In this document: positions 23,315 through 35,089 of the stretch, in pieces
Numbering within the stretch: the stretch's first letter is position 1
Layout: each line of letters starts with the position of its first letter
Translations under genes and position numbers: made by a program
The notes under the pieces: generated by a model
What the model was told of the DNA's origin: nothing
Databases searched by the model: none
Seen by the model: the letters and a program-made list of their open reading frames with translations, nothing else
Origin: Pachysolen tannophilus NRRL Y-2460
Lineage: Eukaryota
Direction of reading: 5' to 3'
NCBI GenBank assembly: GCA_001661245.1
Contig: KV454012.1
Coordinates: forward strand, 588,147 to 652,146
Length of the DNA stretch: 64,000 nt

Positions 23315-25402
23315 ATGAGCTCATCAACGATAGATAAAGAAAGAGGTGGAAGTAATGGTAATGTTAATGGGGGGAAGTCGTATAATAAGTCGAGGTTTGG
23401 GCGACATACTCCAAATGGTTCTTGGAAACGAGATGGACATGGTCATGGTCATGGTCATGGCAATGGCAATGACAATAGCAATGACGGAAACACTGAACCA
23501 CAGGAGGAGATTGATGAGGCCGAGCAATGTATTATTTGTGCCAATAGGATTGAGTATGGGGCTTTGACCCCATGTAATCACCAGACTTGTCATATTTGTA
23601 TATTTCGTCAAAGGGCTTTATATGGGAAGAATTTATGCCTTGTTTGCAGAACTGAAAATTCAAGAGTTATAATAACTGAGGATTTCCTTAATAAATATTA
23701 TCATGAATTTAAACAAAAAGATATTGTTACTAGAGAAGAGAAATATGGTTTAGATTTTACTTCTCATAATGGTCATGTTGCAACATTGAATTTGCTTAAT
23801 TTTAAATGTCCAATGAAATATTGTAAAATGCATAGTTTTGATTTTAAAAATTTTAAACTGTTAAATGAACATGTAAAGATAGAACATGATAAGCAATATT
23901 GTGATATTTGTGCTAATAATAAGAAAGCTTTTATTTCAGAGTTGAAATTATATACACATAAAAGTTTACAGAGACATAAATCTGAAGGTGATGAAGAAGG
24001 TTTTAATGGACATCCGTCTTGTAAATTTTGTACAGGTAAAAGATTTTATTCAGATGATGAATTATTTGTTCATTTAAGAGAAAAACATGAGAAATGTCAT
24101 GTTTGTAATCAAATTGATCCTTCAAAACCGAGATATTTTAAAAATTATGATTCTTTAAATGAACATTTTAGAGAACAACATTTTGTATGTACAGTACAAA
24201 GTTGTCTTGATCAAAAATTTGTTGTGTTTAGAGATGAATTTGGTTTAAAAGCACACATGATAAAAGAACATAAAAATATTTATGGAGGTGATACTTCGTT
24301 GCTAAGTATAGGAAGCAATTATGGTAGCTATAATAATAATCAAAGGAAAAATGGGTATGCATCACAGCTATCTACATATCATCCAGATAATACACAAAGT
24401 ACTAGTAATAATAGGAAAAATAGAAATCATAACAATAACAATAATAATGCAGATCGCAATGATGACTATGAACAGGAAGAACCAGACTCTTTAGAATTGA
24501 AGAAAATGCGACTCGAAGAAAGGGCAAGACATTATTTGAAATATTCTTCTGCAGATTTTAACAAATTTCAAAAAATAAATAAAGACTATGAGGATTATAA
24601 AGTTTCAGCAGATGAACTATTGACAGAATATAAATCCATCTTCAAAGGCATAACTAAAGATAATTTGAACATTTTATTATTCGAATTGTCCGAACTATTT
24701 AAGAAAAACTCAGAAAGAAGAACAAGTCTTATGAAGTTGAATATTGAACTGTCTTCTACAAGAAATGAATCAGAACAATTCCCAAGTTTACCTGGAACAA
24801 GTTCACAATCAATATATAACTTTAATACAGGATCTTGGGGCAGTAAAAACAGAGATACTTCCCAAAAATCATCAAAAAAGAAATCAAATGCTTCAACTTC
24901 CAAATCTCAATTTGAACTAGCTGATCAGTTTCCTTCCTTGCCACCTCTGCCCAAAACAAATATAAAATTACAAACAGATGTAACATATAGAACTGCATTG
25001 TTACAAAAAGGTAATACCAGCAAGCCTGTCATCAACCGTGTAGACCAGGCTTCGTTGAATTATAAACCAACATATTTGTCCACAAATGAATCGTCAGTTA
25101 AACCTAAAGTAGTTGCCATGAAAAATGGACAATCTAAAAAGACAGAACTAAATGATTCATCATTTCCACAACTTCCAAAAGTTGTTACTAAGAAACCACC
25201 AAGAGTTAACCCAATTAACATTTCAAATGGGACATGGGTTAAATCTCCAAATTCTTTGAGTAGTAATACTAGTAATACTACATCCGGAAATAGTTCCAAT
25301 TTAGATTTAAATTCGTTAGGAGAATCATTACCTAATGATGGTGAGTCCAGTAATAAGAAAAAGAAAAAACAAAAACAAGTTCTATTCCACATGGGTATAT
25401 AA
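23315..25402 (+). CDS. HEL2: RING E3 ligase Hel2/ZNF598 (ribosome quality control)
   Basis: N-terminal RING (CIICA..PCNHQTCHIC..CLVCR), C2H2 fingers, GFNGHPSCKFC, RFYSDDEL, FPSLP repeats, basic C-terminus. Confidence 0.92.
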   Translation: MSSSTIDKERGGSNGNVNGGKSYNKSRFGRHTPNGSWKRDGHGHGHGHGNGNDNSNDGNTEPQEEIDEAEQCIICANRIEYGALTPCNHQTCHICIFRQRALYGKNLCLVCRTENSRVIITEDFLNKYYHEFKQKDIVTREEKYGLDFTSHNGHVATLNLLNFKCPMKYCKMHSFDFKNFKLLNEHVKIEHDKQYCDICANNKKAFISELKLYTHKSLQRHKSEGDEEGFNGHPSCKFCTGKRFYSDDELFVHLREKHEKCHVCNQIDPSKPRYFKNYDSLNEHFREQHFVCTVQSCLDQKFVVFRDEFGLKAHMIKEHKNIYGGDTSLLSIGSNYGSYNNNQRKNGYASQLSTYHPDNTQSTSNNRKNRNHNNNNNNADRNDDYEQEEPDSLELKKMRLEERARHYLKYSSADFNKFQKINKDYEDYKVSADELLTEYKSIFKGITKDNLNILLFELSELFKKNSERRTSLMKLNIELSSTRNESEQFPSLPGTSSQSIYNFNTGSWGSKNRDTSQKSSKKKSNASTSKSQFELADQFPSLPPLPKTNIKLQTDVTYRTALLQKGNTSKPVINRVDQASLNYKPTYLSTNESSVKPKVVAMKNGQSKKTELNDSSFPQLPKVVTKKPPRVNPINISNGTWVKSPNSLSSNTSNTTSGNSSNLDLNSLGESLPNDGESSNKKKKKQKQVLFHMGI

Positions 25403-25553
25403 AAAGATGTTATAGTTATATAGATATTTATAAAGATTGTTTTTCTCTTCATTTTTTTTTTTGTTTTGGTTTTTGTTTTCTTATCATTAGCATTGCATTG
25501 TATAACAGAGTAAAACAAAAATGAATTGTAATATCGGCATTATTCAAACATCA

Positions 25554-26653
25554 TCACCGTAGAGGTAATATATTTTGCGTAAATACTGCTTGCCGACACA
25601 ACGGGCATTCAGGTCTTTCGCTACACCAATTAGTAATACAAGTCCAGCAAAAACAGTGTCCACATGGAGCAGCTGACGGGTTCACCATATATGATAAACA
25701 AAGTATACATTTCCTTGACAGCTCCGGAATATAAGGTAGATGTTCTGCATTGGATAGATCAATAACATTATTCTTTGATGTCTGCGCTTTTTCTTCTTCT
25801 TCTTCTTCGGATGGAATACCTTGTAAAATATCTGAAACAGATTTGCGTTTATCGTCTGATTCCAATTGAGATTCTTCCTTTGAAGTGATATTATTTTTAT
25901 TGATAACTTCTGATATTTTGTTTGAAATCTTAAAGAAAAACTGTAACAAAATCAATGCACCCAAGAATTCATAACTTCCAGTATTATGATTCTTTTCGTC
26001 GACTCTATGTCCAAAAGCATATCTTAATCCAAATAATCTTTTTGACAAATTATAGTATTTACCGTTCAAATAGAATAAAGCAATATGGATATTCATTATT
26101 GTGTCCATTAAACTCTTGTAATGAATTGAAGATAAAAATTTCTTAATTTTTACCAAAAATGAATTATCCTTCTTCTCTTCATCTGCTTCAGAATCAATTG
26201 ACCTCAATTTTTTTGTTAGCAAAACAAATATATACGGTAATAATGAATAAGATAACACAAATCCCAATCTTTTCAGTAATGCTGGTAACTTCTTGCCATC
26301 TTTTGAAACATAAATCAAATCGGTATATTCTTCACCCAAGGTTTTAGAACCTAACAAAGTAGTAAGACTCAAATATACAAATTTTGATAAAATCGTTAAC
26401 TCCTCTGGGTGAGTATGAACAAATCTTTGTCCCTTAAATATCTGAAGGACATTTTGTAAATTGGATCGAAGCACTGCTTGAAAATATGAATCTTTTTGAT
26501 GACTACGAACTATGAAAAATGTTAGTTAATTTCATTAATAATAATGAATATTCATGCTTATTAGGATAATAACTTACCAATTGCAGGTGCATCTGAAAAT
26601 TGCAAGTATGGCTTCCTGCCCTTTATCTTGTTGCTTTCATCTACCAAATTCAT
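25554..26653 (-). CDS. PEX10: Peroxisomal RING E3 Pex10, intron at 26510-26577
   Basis: Spliced N-terminus FSDAPAI|VRSHQKD, TLGEEY motif, C-terminal C3HC4 RING. Confidence 0.95.
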
Positions 26654-26827
26654 ATTCCTGTCATACTATTAATGTATTAGCAACAACTTATTTCAATTGA
26701 TAGTATTATTAAAATATTATAAAAAAAGAGGTTTTGCACCATAAACGCGATACACTAGTAATTTGAAGCTTTTACATACTTACATACTATTAATACTATT
26801 AATACTATTAATACTATTAACATTTAT

Positions 26828-29035
26828 TTAAAATGGTAAAGTCGATTGTCCTTTATCCAATTTTTTTTTCTTCCTACTTCTATATAGTTGCTTTGATGAT
26901 GATCCAGTGGGATCATTATTGAGGTTTTGTTCATTATCTCTATTATTAGTTGGTGTAGTATTACTTTCTTCGTTCCATTTTTTTGACAAGTTCAAAGCGT
27001 AGTGAAAATCATCATGCTCAGCAGTTTGATCTTTTGATATAATTTTTTGGCACTCGGCGCAATAATTCGGTGGGTATTCATTGTTTTCTTTTCTATTCTC
27101 ATCATCTTCATCGGTGAGAGAAATTGGTTCTTGAATAGTATTATCTTTTAAATTTTTTTTAGCTAAACTCTGGAAGATGTCTATGTGCTTATTGTTGTTA
27201 TTTGTAGTTAGAGTTTTGTCCATTTCTACTTTATTATCCTTCTTTATTGGTTTGTTATTAGTACTGGTATTGTCATTCTTGATTTCATTAAACATTAAAT
27301 TAATCAGTTCATCTTTACGCTCAGATTTTGCCTTATCACCTTTAATATGGAAAAATTCGTCAATCGATTTCGACTTGAAATTGATATTTTCAAAACTTGA
27401 TATAGTCAAACTAGCATTAACCGATGGGAACATTTCTCCAAGGGTTGTATTATCCCAAGTTTCGACTAACTGATTCACCAACTTGCAACCAGTTTGATAT
27501 ACTATTTCATTGAGCCTCTCTATAGATGCGACTAGTGGTAATTGGCACTGCTTAGATACCATACGATACTTTGCTGATTTATAATGTACAGACATTGTCT
27601 TGGGTCTTCGTATAGTGCAAGCTTTTGTAATGTTATTGTTATTATTATTGTTAAGATTTTCAGAATTAAATATTCCTTCTTCTTCGTCCAATTCTGTTAA
27701 TCTTTGCATTAAATCGCTGGTAAATACTTTCATCCATTCGTATAAATCTTCTTTTGATGAAAGTGATTTTCCTCTAAAATTCTTTGTTGAGCACATTGAC
27801 TTAACATCAGTTTTCAAATCTAGCATATCATACAGTTCTCCTTTCAGCATACTATACAATCTTGTTGCTAATGCTGTATCAGGTTTTAATTTCAATTGGA
27901 GTTCTTTCAAGGAGAAATTTTTCAAAATATATTCAATTGAATTTTCATCTGTTGGAATCATTAATTTTTGTCGTATTATTTCTCCAGTTTTACCTCCCAT
28001 ACTCCAAAAATCTGTAAATTCAAAATTTTTTAAAAAAATTGGTATTGCCGAAGATCTTACAATTGTTTGATCATTTGGTTTAATAAATCCACTTGCTAAT
28101 TTCGAAACAGTTTTCACTCTGCTTATTCCACATGATAAAGTATAACCTAATTCTTTACGAATTCTTTCTCTTATTTGATAAGCAATCTTAGAACCTATCA
28201 TGATGAAGATATCATCCCAATCAGTTAAAATCCTTTGATTATTATGCACATCTTTACTTTCCCCAATTCCAATTTCATTTTCATTTCCAATTTCATCTCC
28301 ATTGCTTGGAATCACCTCACCTTTAAACTCGCACCATTCGGGTAAAACTTGAGGTATTGGAGGTAAAAAATCATCCAAATTTTCCATACTTTTAGGATCA
28401 TTTAAAATTGGGAATAATTCAATTGCTTTAGTGAAAATCAATCTTCCAAAATCTAAGAAACATTCATCAACACTTGCCTTTTGTACCTTATCACATTCTG
28501 ATCTAAAAATTCTCATAATTTTCCTACTTTCTCTACGATAAGGATCTAATGAAACTTTATGATCTAAAACACTAGGTAAAACGCCAGCTTCTTTATAAGT
28601 CCAAAAAGGTTCTCCTTTTTTGAAAACTGCTGTATGTGCCAAGATAACATTAGGACATTTTTTCTTTGCTGAAGCTACAGTATCCATTCTATTAATACCA
28701 TATGCTCTAGCCGCATATGATACAGCAATTAAACTCCACCACTGAACACAAACAACAGGATCTTTTGAAGAAAGACCCAACCGAATCATCTCAGCCTGTG
28801 CAAAGAAAGCATTCACATCAATATGTGCAATCACCGCCAATGGTGTACTATGAGATTCCATTGAATTATTAAGACATCGAAAATCTCTCCATGTAAATCT
28901 CGATGGTTGCGGTGCGCATAAAACCTGATACTGTCTACCCTTAGAACCAGAATCATTAAAACTAAAATCGTTAGAACTAAAATCGTTCAAAGTTCCAGAT
29001 TCTTGACTATGATTACTACCACTCTCCTCACACAT
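26828..29035 (-). CDS. RAD30: DNA polymerase eta (Y family)
   Basis: HIDVNAFFAQ, IAVSYAARAYG, ASVDECF, C-terminal UBZ finger (CAEC..EHDDFH) and basic/PIP-like tail. Confidence 0.95.
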   Translation of the reverse strand: MCEESGSNHSQESGTLNDFSSNDFSFNDSGSKGRQYQVLCAPQPSRFTWRDFRCLNNSMESHSTPLAVIAHIDVNAFFAQAEMIRLGLSSKDPVVCVQWWSLIAVSYAARAYGINRMDTVASAKKKCPNVILAHTAVFKKGEPFWTYKEAGVLPSVLDHKVSLDPYRRESRKIMRIFRSECDKVQKASVDECFLDFGRLIFTKAIELFPILNDPKSMENLDDFLPPIPQVLPEWCEFKGEVIPSNGDEIGNENEIGIGESKDVHNNQRILTDWDDIFIMIGSKIAYQIRERIRKELGYTLSCGISRVKTVSKLASGFIKPNDQTIVRSSAIPIFLKNFEFTDFWSMGGKTGEIIRQKLMIPTDENSIEYILKNFSLKELQLKLKPDTALATRLYSMLKGELYDMLDLKTDVKSMCSTKNFRGKSLSSKEDLYEWMKVFTSDLMQRLTELDEEEGIFNSENLNNNNNNNITKACTIRRPKTMSVHYKSAKYRMVSKQCQLPLVASIERLNEIVYQTGCKLVNQLVETWDNTTLGEMFPSVNASLTISSFENINFKSKSIDEFFHIKGDKAKSERKDELINLMFNEIKNDNTSTNNKPIKKDNKVEMDKTLTTNNNNKHIDIFQSLAKKNLKDNTIQEPISLTDEDDENRKENNEYPPNYCAECQKIISKDQTAEHDDFHYALNLSKKWNEESNTTPTNNRDNEQNLNNDPTGSSSKQLYRSRKKKKLDKGQSTLPF

Positions 29036-29333
29036 CAAACACCCATTATTTTAATCTTATTCAATAATTACCTTTACCCTCATCATCATCACCTTTCCTT
29101 GCTTTCTCTTCTTCACTTTAAAATTTTACCGCTAAAAATTCAAGTCGTGTAAATTTGGCTCAATTTGTGTGCTTAAGTGAAAATTTTTTTTATCAACAAC
29201 TTTTCAACTTCTATTTAAAAAGAATAAATTTTTGATATTTTAAATATATTTATTTTATTTTTGTTTCTTTAAAATTTTTTCTTTTTTTATTAGTGATGGT
29301 GATGGTGATCAAGTTAGTAAAAGAAATTAGATG

Positions 29334-29761
29334 GTAAGTGTTTAAAAATAGAGTGTAGTGTTGTGTTGTGTTTATGATGCGATACGATGGATTCAAGAGA
29401 TGTTGATGCTTGATGTTTTTGTTGATGGTAGCGCTTTTCGTTTTTTTTGCTTTTTCACTTCTTCTTCTTCTTTTTCTTCTTCTAGTGATGACTCGATGTC
29501 GCCCCAAACGGACTATATAATGACCGATTCGATTTCTAAATAACCAAACTCACACTGAAAATTCTGATATTAGAAAGAAAGAAAGAGAAGAGAGAAAAAG
29601 AGAAAAAAAAAGTTTTTGTTTTAATTGCTTGAAAGAGAATGATTTAAAGCGTTACCCTTGATGTCAATCAGCTAGAATGGTTAAGGTCTTCAAGACGCTT
29701 GCATTTTTTTTTTTATTTCACGATAGACATACTAACATCCAATTTTTCAAATATTATAAAG
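29334..29761 (+). other. Intron of a probably non-coding host transcript, containing snR67
   Basis: GTAAGT at 29334, TACTAAC at 29730-29736, first downstream AG at 29760-29761. Confidence 0.7.
29481..29572 (+). ncRNA. SNR67: Box C/D snoRNA snR67
   Basis: Box C GTGATGA at 29485, guide TGTCGCCCCA with D' CGGA, guide CACACTGAAAAT with box D CTGA at 29564. The guides are complementary to 25S UGGGGCGGC and AUUUUCAGUGUG, the layout I recall for S. cerevisiae snR67. Confidence 0.9.
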
Positions 29762-29876
29762 GTATATGATTTTTGCAAGATATTTATAGGTGTAGATATC
29801 GTCATATAATGTTTTATTTCTTTTAATTTTTTTTTTTTTCTTTTTTTAATGGTTATAGCTATCTTTAATTTACAAG

Positions 29877-29979
29877 TTGCTAGTGATGTTTTCCATGCTA
29901 ATCATGAAATAATTAGTGATTAAAATTTTTTAAAAATCGCAGACTTGATTGAAAAAAAAATTGAGCTGCGTCTGAAGCA
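29877..29979 (+). ncRNA. SNR53: Box C/D snoRNA snR53
   Basis: Variant box C GTGATGT at 29883, guide TTCCATGCTAAT (complementary to 18S AUUAGCAUGGAA) with D' ATGA, box D CTGA at 29972, TGCT/AGCA terminal stem; follows snR67 as in S. cerevisiae. Confidence 0.87.
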
Positions 29980-30362
29980 CTTTTAAAATAAAATAAACTA
30001 TAACTATATATATATATGATTCTTAATTATCATGAACTGACTCTGATTCTGCTCATGCTTCATTCATTTCCAAATCCAATTTGTAATTGTAATTGTAATT
30101 TTTACATATTTCATTGTTGAATTGTAGTTTAAAACCTGAAATTTTCTTCTTTGTAAAATGTTGATTTTTCATCGCGCATGTTGGAAATTTGTAAACACAT
30201 TTAAATATTTTTATTTACTAAATATTGAAAAAAGGTTTTAACAGTATTAACGAATAGATTATAGTATATAAAGCAATCAAGTCATTTGATTCTTTTTCTT
30301 TCTTTCTTTTTTTTTGCTTTTTTTTATTTCTTTCTCTTGGTTTACCACCCCCCTCTACCGTC

Positions 30363-31553
30363 ATGTCATTGACGAGTTTTGACATATTTTTGCCGCTACC
30401 TTTTAGAATATTATTTTTGGTGACATTAGCTACATGGCTTTGGGCAATCAATTTAAAAATATGTTATGATCATAATATTGATACATTTCAGGTACTAAAG
30501 TTGCAACCTTCACAACCTGTAAATCTGTCGACGAATTTTTACAAGAAACCAATAAAAGTTAGTTCAATAACAATATTAAATTATATAATATATTTGACAT
30601 TTAAAAATTTATATTTAAGTGATGTTGGTAATGGAATTACAATACTTGATTGTTTCAGTTATTTTAATTTAATTTTAATATTTCTGACATTAATTCTCCC
30701 CATAAATAAGTCACCTTCAAATTTAAGATTATATCAAACTTTTAAAAGAATATTATTTTTTGGTAAAATTGATATAAATTTGAGAAATAATGATATTCTC
30801 TTGGCTGATACTTTTACATCTTATTCAAAAATTTTGGTTGATCTTCATGTTTTGAATTGTAATTTCATTAAAAATAAGACTTTATTACCAAATTTATCAA
30901 AAGATGAAAATACTTTGGATAGATCAATTGGTTCAGTTTATTGTACAGATTTAATAATAGGTTGTATTCCTTCTACAATTAGACTTAAACAATGTCTTTA
31001 TGAATATAGTGAAACTAAAAAAATACAACATTTATTAAATCTGATCAAATATAGTACAAATTATTTACCAATGTTTCTGACAATATATATGAGACAAAAT
31101 AATAATGATGGAATTTTATTTTGGTACCTGTTCAGTTTTATAAATTCATTTTATTCATTTGTTTGGGATGTAATGGTTGATTGGAATTTTGAATTTTTCC
31201 ATTATGTCTTATCTGCAGATCGTAGACAAAAATATTTGTTAAGAAGTATATTAATGTATAACGTTAGTTTTTATTATCATGTATCAATAATGGTAGATTT
31301 CATATTAAGGTTCATTTGGGTATTAAGAATGTTTAGTAATCCTGATAGTAAATATTTATTATTAAGATCATTTGATTCAGAAGGTGGATTATTTTTATTG
31401 GAAATCTTGGAAATTTTAAGACGTTGGATTTGGGTTTTCATTAAAATTGAAACAGAGTATATTAAGATGTTCAATGGAGATATCAATAAGTTGAGAGACA
31501 TTGATGAAGATAAAGGTACAATCGAAATGGATTCATATAATAAAAAATATTAA
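30363..31553 (+). CDS. ERD1: EXS-domain protein Erd1
   Basis: PLPFRI, NDILLADTFTSYSK, IRLKQCL, YSFVWDVMVDW, EILRRWIWVFIKIETE; no SPX domain. Confidence 0.9.
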   Translation: MSLTSFDIFLPLPFRILFLVTLATWLWAINLKICYDHNIDTFQVLKLQPSQPVNLSTNFYKKPIKVSSITILNYIIYLTFKNLYLSDVGNGITILDCFSYFNLILIFLTLILPINKSPSNLRLYQTFKRILFFGKIDINLRNNDILLADTFTSYSKILVDLHVLNCNFIKNKTLLPNLSKDENTLDRSIGSVYCTDLIIGCIPSTIRLKQCLYEYSETKKIQHLLNLIKYSTNYLPMFLTIYMRQNNNDGILFWYLFSFINSFYSFVWDVMVDWNFEFFHYVLSADRRQKYLLRSILMYNVSFYYHVSIMVDFILRFIWVLRMFSNPDSKYLLLRSFDSEGGLFLLEILEILRRWIWVFIKIETEYIKMFNGDINKLRDIDEDKGTIEMDSYNKKY

Positions 31554-31773
31554 AAAAATATTAAAATATATATAAATGTCATGATGAAATTCTTTCAATT
31601 AGAGAAAGAAAAAAAAAAAAAAAAAAAATAAAAAGTGGGAAAGAAAAAACTAATTAATTAATTAAATAATGTCTTTTATAGAATTTACTCCTGTATTAGT
31701 TCAAATTACTTTTATATAAATAATACAAAATGTCTTTTTTTTAACAAAAAGAAAAAGAAAAAGAAAAAAAAGT

Positions 31774-32574
31774 TCATTTTTTAGCTCTCTTGTCATGCTG
31801 TTTTTTCAAGTTTTGTCTTCTTTCTGATTTGGATAAATATCTAAATTTTTTCTTCTTTTTCGGTCTTTCTTCATTTTGAACAATTTTTGCATATTCTTTA
31901 GCTCTTTGAATTGATTTTTTCAAAACCTCTTGTGATTTCGCCAACTCTACATTGTTTTTCTTCGCTATTGCCTCCAAGTCATTGCTTGATCCGAAATCGT
32001 CATCGCTATCAGAGTTATCAGGGTCCATGGACTCTATAGTCACCGTTACCACGCCATCTTCCCCATTCAGCAGATGTAGTATATCCGGATTAGAAGGATA
32101 TACTTCTTTTCTTTTTAATATACCTTTAACATTAAGATCAATTGTGTCCTTATTCCCATTACCATTAGAAATTTTCTCAACCACCCCATCATCATCCTTA
32201 AATCCCTCCCATTCTTCTGTTTCCGTTAATTTACCACTACTACTCTCATCATCGATATTATCTCCTTCATCAGAATCATCAACTATACCACTTAAATCTT
32301 TCAATTGCTCGTTATATCTCTCTAATTGCTTAGCAACAACTTCTTTCCTCTCATCCCTTATCTTCTTACGTTCTTCAATCTTGGCAAGTCTTTCGCGCTC
32401 TTTATTAAATTCTTGAGCTTTCTTCTGTCTTTGAATTTTTCTCTTGTGAAACCCTGTTAAATACTCTTCTCTTGATTCTTTATCAAAAACAACTTCATCT
32501 ACTCTGTGTTTTTTCTGCTGCTTTTGAGCATATTTCTTACCACCAGTAAGAATCTCTCTATTCTGTTTCCCCAT
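31774..32574 (-). CDS. RRP17: Rrp17/Nop25 rRNA-processing protein
   Basis: NREILTGGKKY, FDKESREEYLTGFHKRK, C-terminal KKKFRYLSKSER. Confidence 0.95.
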   Translation of the reverse strand: MGKQNREILTGGKKYAQKQQKKHRVDEVVFDKESREEYLTGFHKRKIQRQKKAQEFNKERERLAKIEERKKIRDERKEVVAKQLERYNEQLKDLSGIVDDSDEGDNIDDESSSGKLTETEEWEGFKDDDGVVEKISNGNGNKDTIDLNVKGILKRKEVYPSNPDILHLLNGEDGVVTVTIESMDPDNSDSDDDFGSSNDLEAIAKKNNVELAKSQEVLKKSIQRAKEYAKIVQNEERPKKKKKFRYLSKSERRQNLKKQHDKRAKK

Positions 32575-32981
32575 TTCTTACCCAACTTAGTTTGTTTTCT
32601 TCTTTTTTCAGTCTCTCTCTCTTTCTTTCTCTTCTTCTTTTTTTCAATAAAACAGATAACAAGTTCTTGGAGTTAACAAACCCAAACTATAAGCATTTTA
32701 TTATTAGCCTTGAAAAGTTAGTTAAAAAGAATAGAAAAAAAAAAATTTTTTGAAAACAAAAAAAAAAAAAAAAAAACAAAAAAATCAAAAAAAAAAAAAC
32801 CGAAAACGGAACAAATTACTGAATAAGGAAACGTGTACCAAAACGGTAATTGCATGGTACAACATTCTAAATGTTGTGATGATGTTGAAAAGTATAAATA
32901 GTGATAAATTTCTGTATTAAAGATGGGTTATTCAGTGGGTAGCAGTTTATATCACAAAAGAGATTTGTGTGTGTCTATCAG

Positions 32982-34595
32982 ATGGAGAGGCTTTCCCAGT
33001 TGACACAGTCTTATAAGTATAACAACACATCAAGAGTGTTAGGATATTTAATTCAAGTTGAAGACAAAGAAAAACTTTATGGATCCCCATTGGAACAAAT
33101 AAATTTGAAAGAGAAGGCATACAAAGAGCATGGGTTTGATCAAGTTGTTTTAGAAATTGTTAAGAATGAGATATTTAGAGTCGGTAGAAACAAATTTAAT
33201 TCAGATTATAACAAGACCAAAAATGATTTAGTTTTAGATCATCCATCGATATCTGGTTTACACTGTTTAATTTGGTCAGTTCAATTTTCAGAGGAGGTTA
33301 AACCTTTAATTTATATTAAAGATGTTTCTCTCAATGGTTGTTTTATAAATGGTGAGAAATTGGGGTACGGTAATATTTATCTTTTCAATCAAGACGATGT
33401 ATTGGAAATTAAATATGGTATTAAATTAGTTTTTAAAGAAAATTTTAAGGGAAAATTTGATAAAGAAGAAAATAATTTACTACAAGTACCTGGAGAATCT
33501 ACTACATGGATAGTCACCAATAAGCTTATTGGTAGTGGGACATTTGGCCAGGTAAGTAAACAAAGGTTTCCAACTATTTTTTTTTGAAAACTTTTTCCAA
33601 TAGGATTTTAATGTTAACACTTATTCACTCACCGTCTTAGGTCTTTGTTGCAAAAAACACAAATCATAAGCACAAATTTTATGCAGTCAAGACAACAACT
33701 GTTCATCCTAATAATAATATTCTTTCTAAAAGAGAAGCTGAAATTTTACTAAAATTAGATCATGTTAGTATTACCAAGAATAATTAATTAATTAAATTGT
33801 AAATTTATTGTCTCTTTTTCAATTTTAGCTTAACTTTTTTTTTTTCTTTTTACTTTGATACTTTGACTTCTTTAGCCCAATATTATTAAAGTTCATGATG
33901 CAGTATGTTCAAAAGACAGACTTTTCATTTTCCAAAGTTTAATCCATGGAGGAGATTTATTTTCCTATTTGGCAAAATCTGATGTTTTAATGCCATTAAA
34001 TCAAAGTGAAAGCCTTATTATCACTTATCAAATAATTATGGCTTTAAAATACTTACATGGACAAAATATTATTCATAGAGATCTTAAATTGGATAATATT
34101 TTATTAAAAACACCAGAGCCTTATTCTAAGATATTATTAACCGATTTTGGAACTGCAAAATCATTACCAATTTCAAGAACTTATACTGTTATTGGAACTC
34201 CTGAATATAGTGCACCTGAAGTTGGATTCAGAAATGATATTAATTATTGTTCTAATGAAAATGGAAATAAAGGATATGGTAAACCATGTGATATGTGGTC
34301 TTTAGGAATCATATTACATATTATGTTAAGTGGAATTTCTCCATTTTACGTTGAAGATGGGGATCCTTTTAAAATAGTTGAAGCATCAAAAAAGGGAAAA
34401 TTAAATTTCCATTTACCGCAATGGCAACATATTAATGATCATGCTAAAGATTTAATATCAAAATTGTTATCTGTTAATCATTATAAAAGATTGACTATTA
34501 ATCAAGCATTTTTACATCCGTGGATTTCTGGTCATGCTGAATTTCTTTCTTCAATTTATCAGAAAATATTAGATAACGATCAGGATAGTTTTTAA
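32982..34595 (+). CDS. MEK1: Meiotic FHA-domain kinase Mek1, introns at 33552-33640 and 33764-33875
   Basis: FHA domain (VGRN..SISGLHCLIW..DVSLNG) plus kinase (GSGTFGQ|VFVA..YAVK..LDH|PNII..GGDLFSY..HRDLKLDNILL..DFG); both introns restore the frame. Confidence 0.88.
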
Positions 34596-35089
34596 AATAA
34601 ATAAACAAGTATCTCGGTAACCAAGTTACTGTCTCCGAATGGAAATCAAAAATCCGAGGATGGATGGATGGATTTTTTATGTGTTTGTTTGTGAGAATAG
34701 AAAATAGAGAAATAAATAGTAGTAATACAAGTAAGTGTGGTTTACGATACTACATAAACGCATACATGCATATATATAAATATATATATATACATTACAA
34801 TGCATTTTCTCTGCCGTAGTTAAAAAACTAAAATCGTACCTTGAGGCTCTGTCTTCCATAATATAACCACAAACAGATCAATCTTAGTCTTCATCTTATA
34901 AAGAAAGCACAAAAAAAGGAAAAAAAAAAATAACCTCTAATTAAATATCGCAATGGCAATGGCAATGGCATAGTAATTGTAGTATTGTACATCATTGTCG
35001 TATTTAGGGTATACTCGGTTTTTTTTTTTTTAACTTTCTTTCTTTCTTTCTTTCTTTGAGTGCATTAAAAAAAAAAAAAAAAAAAAAAA

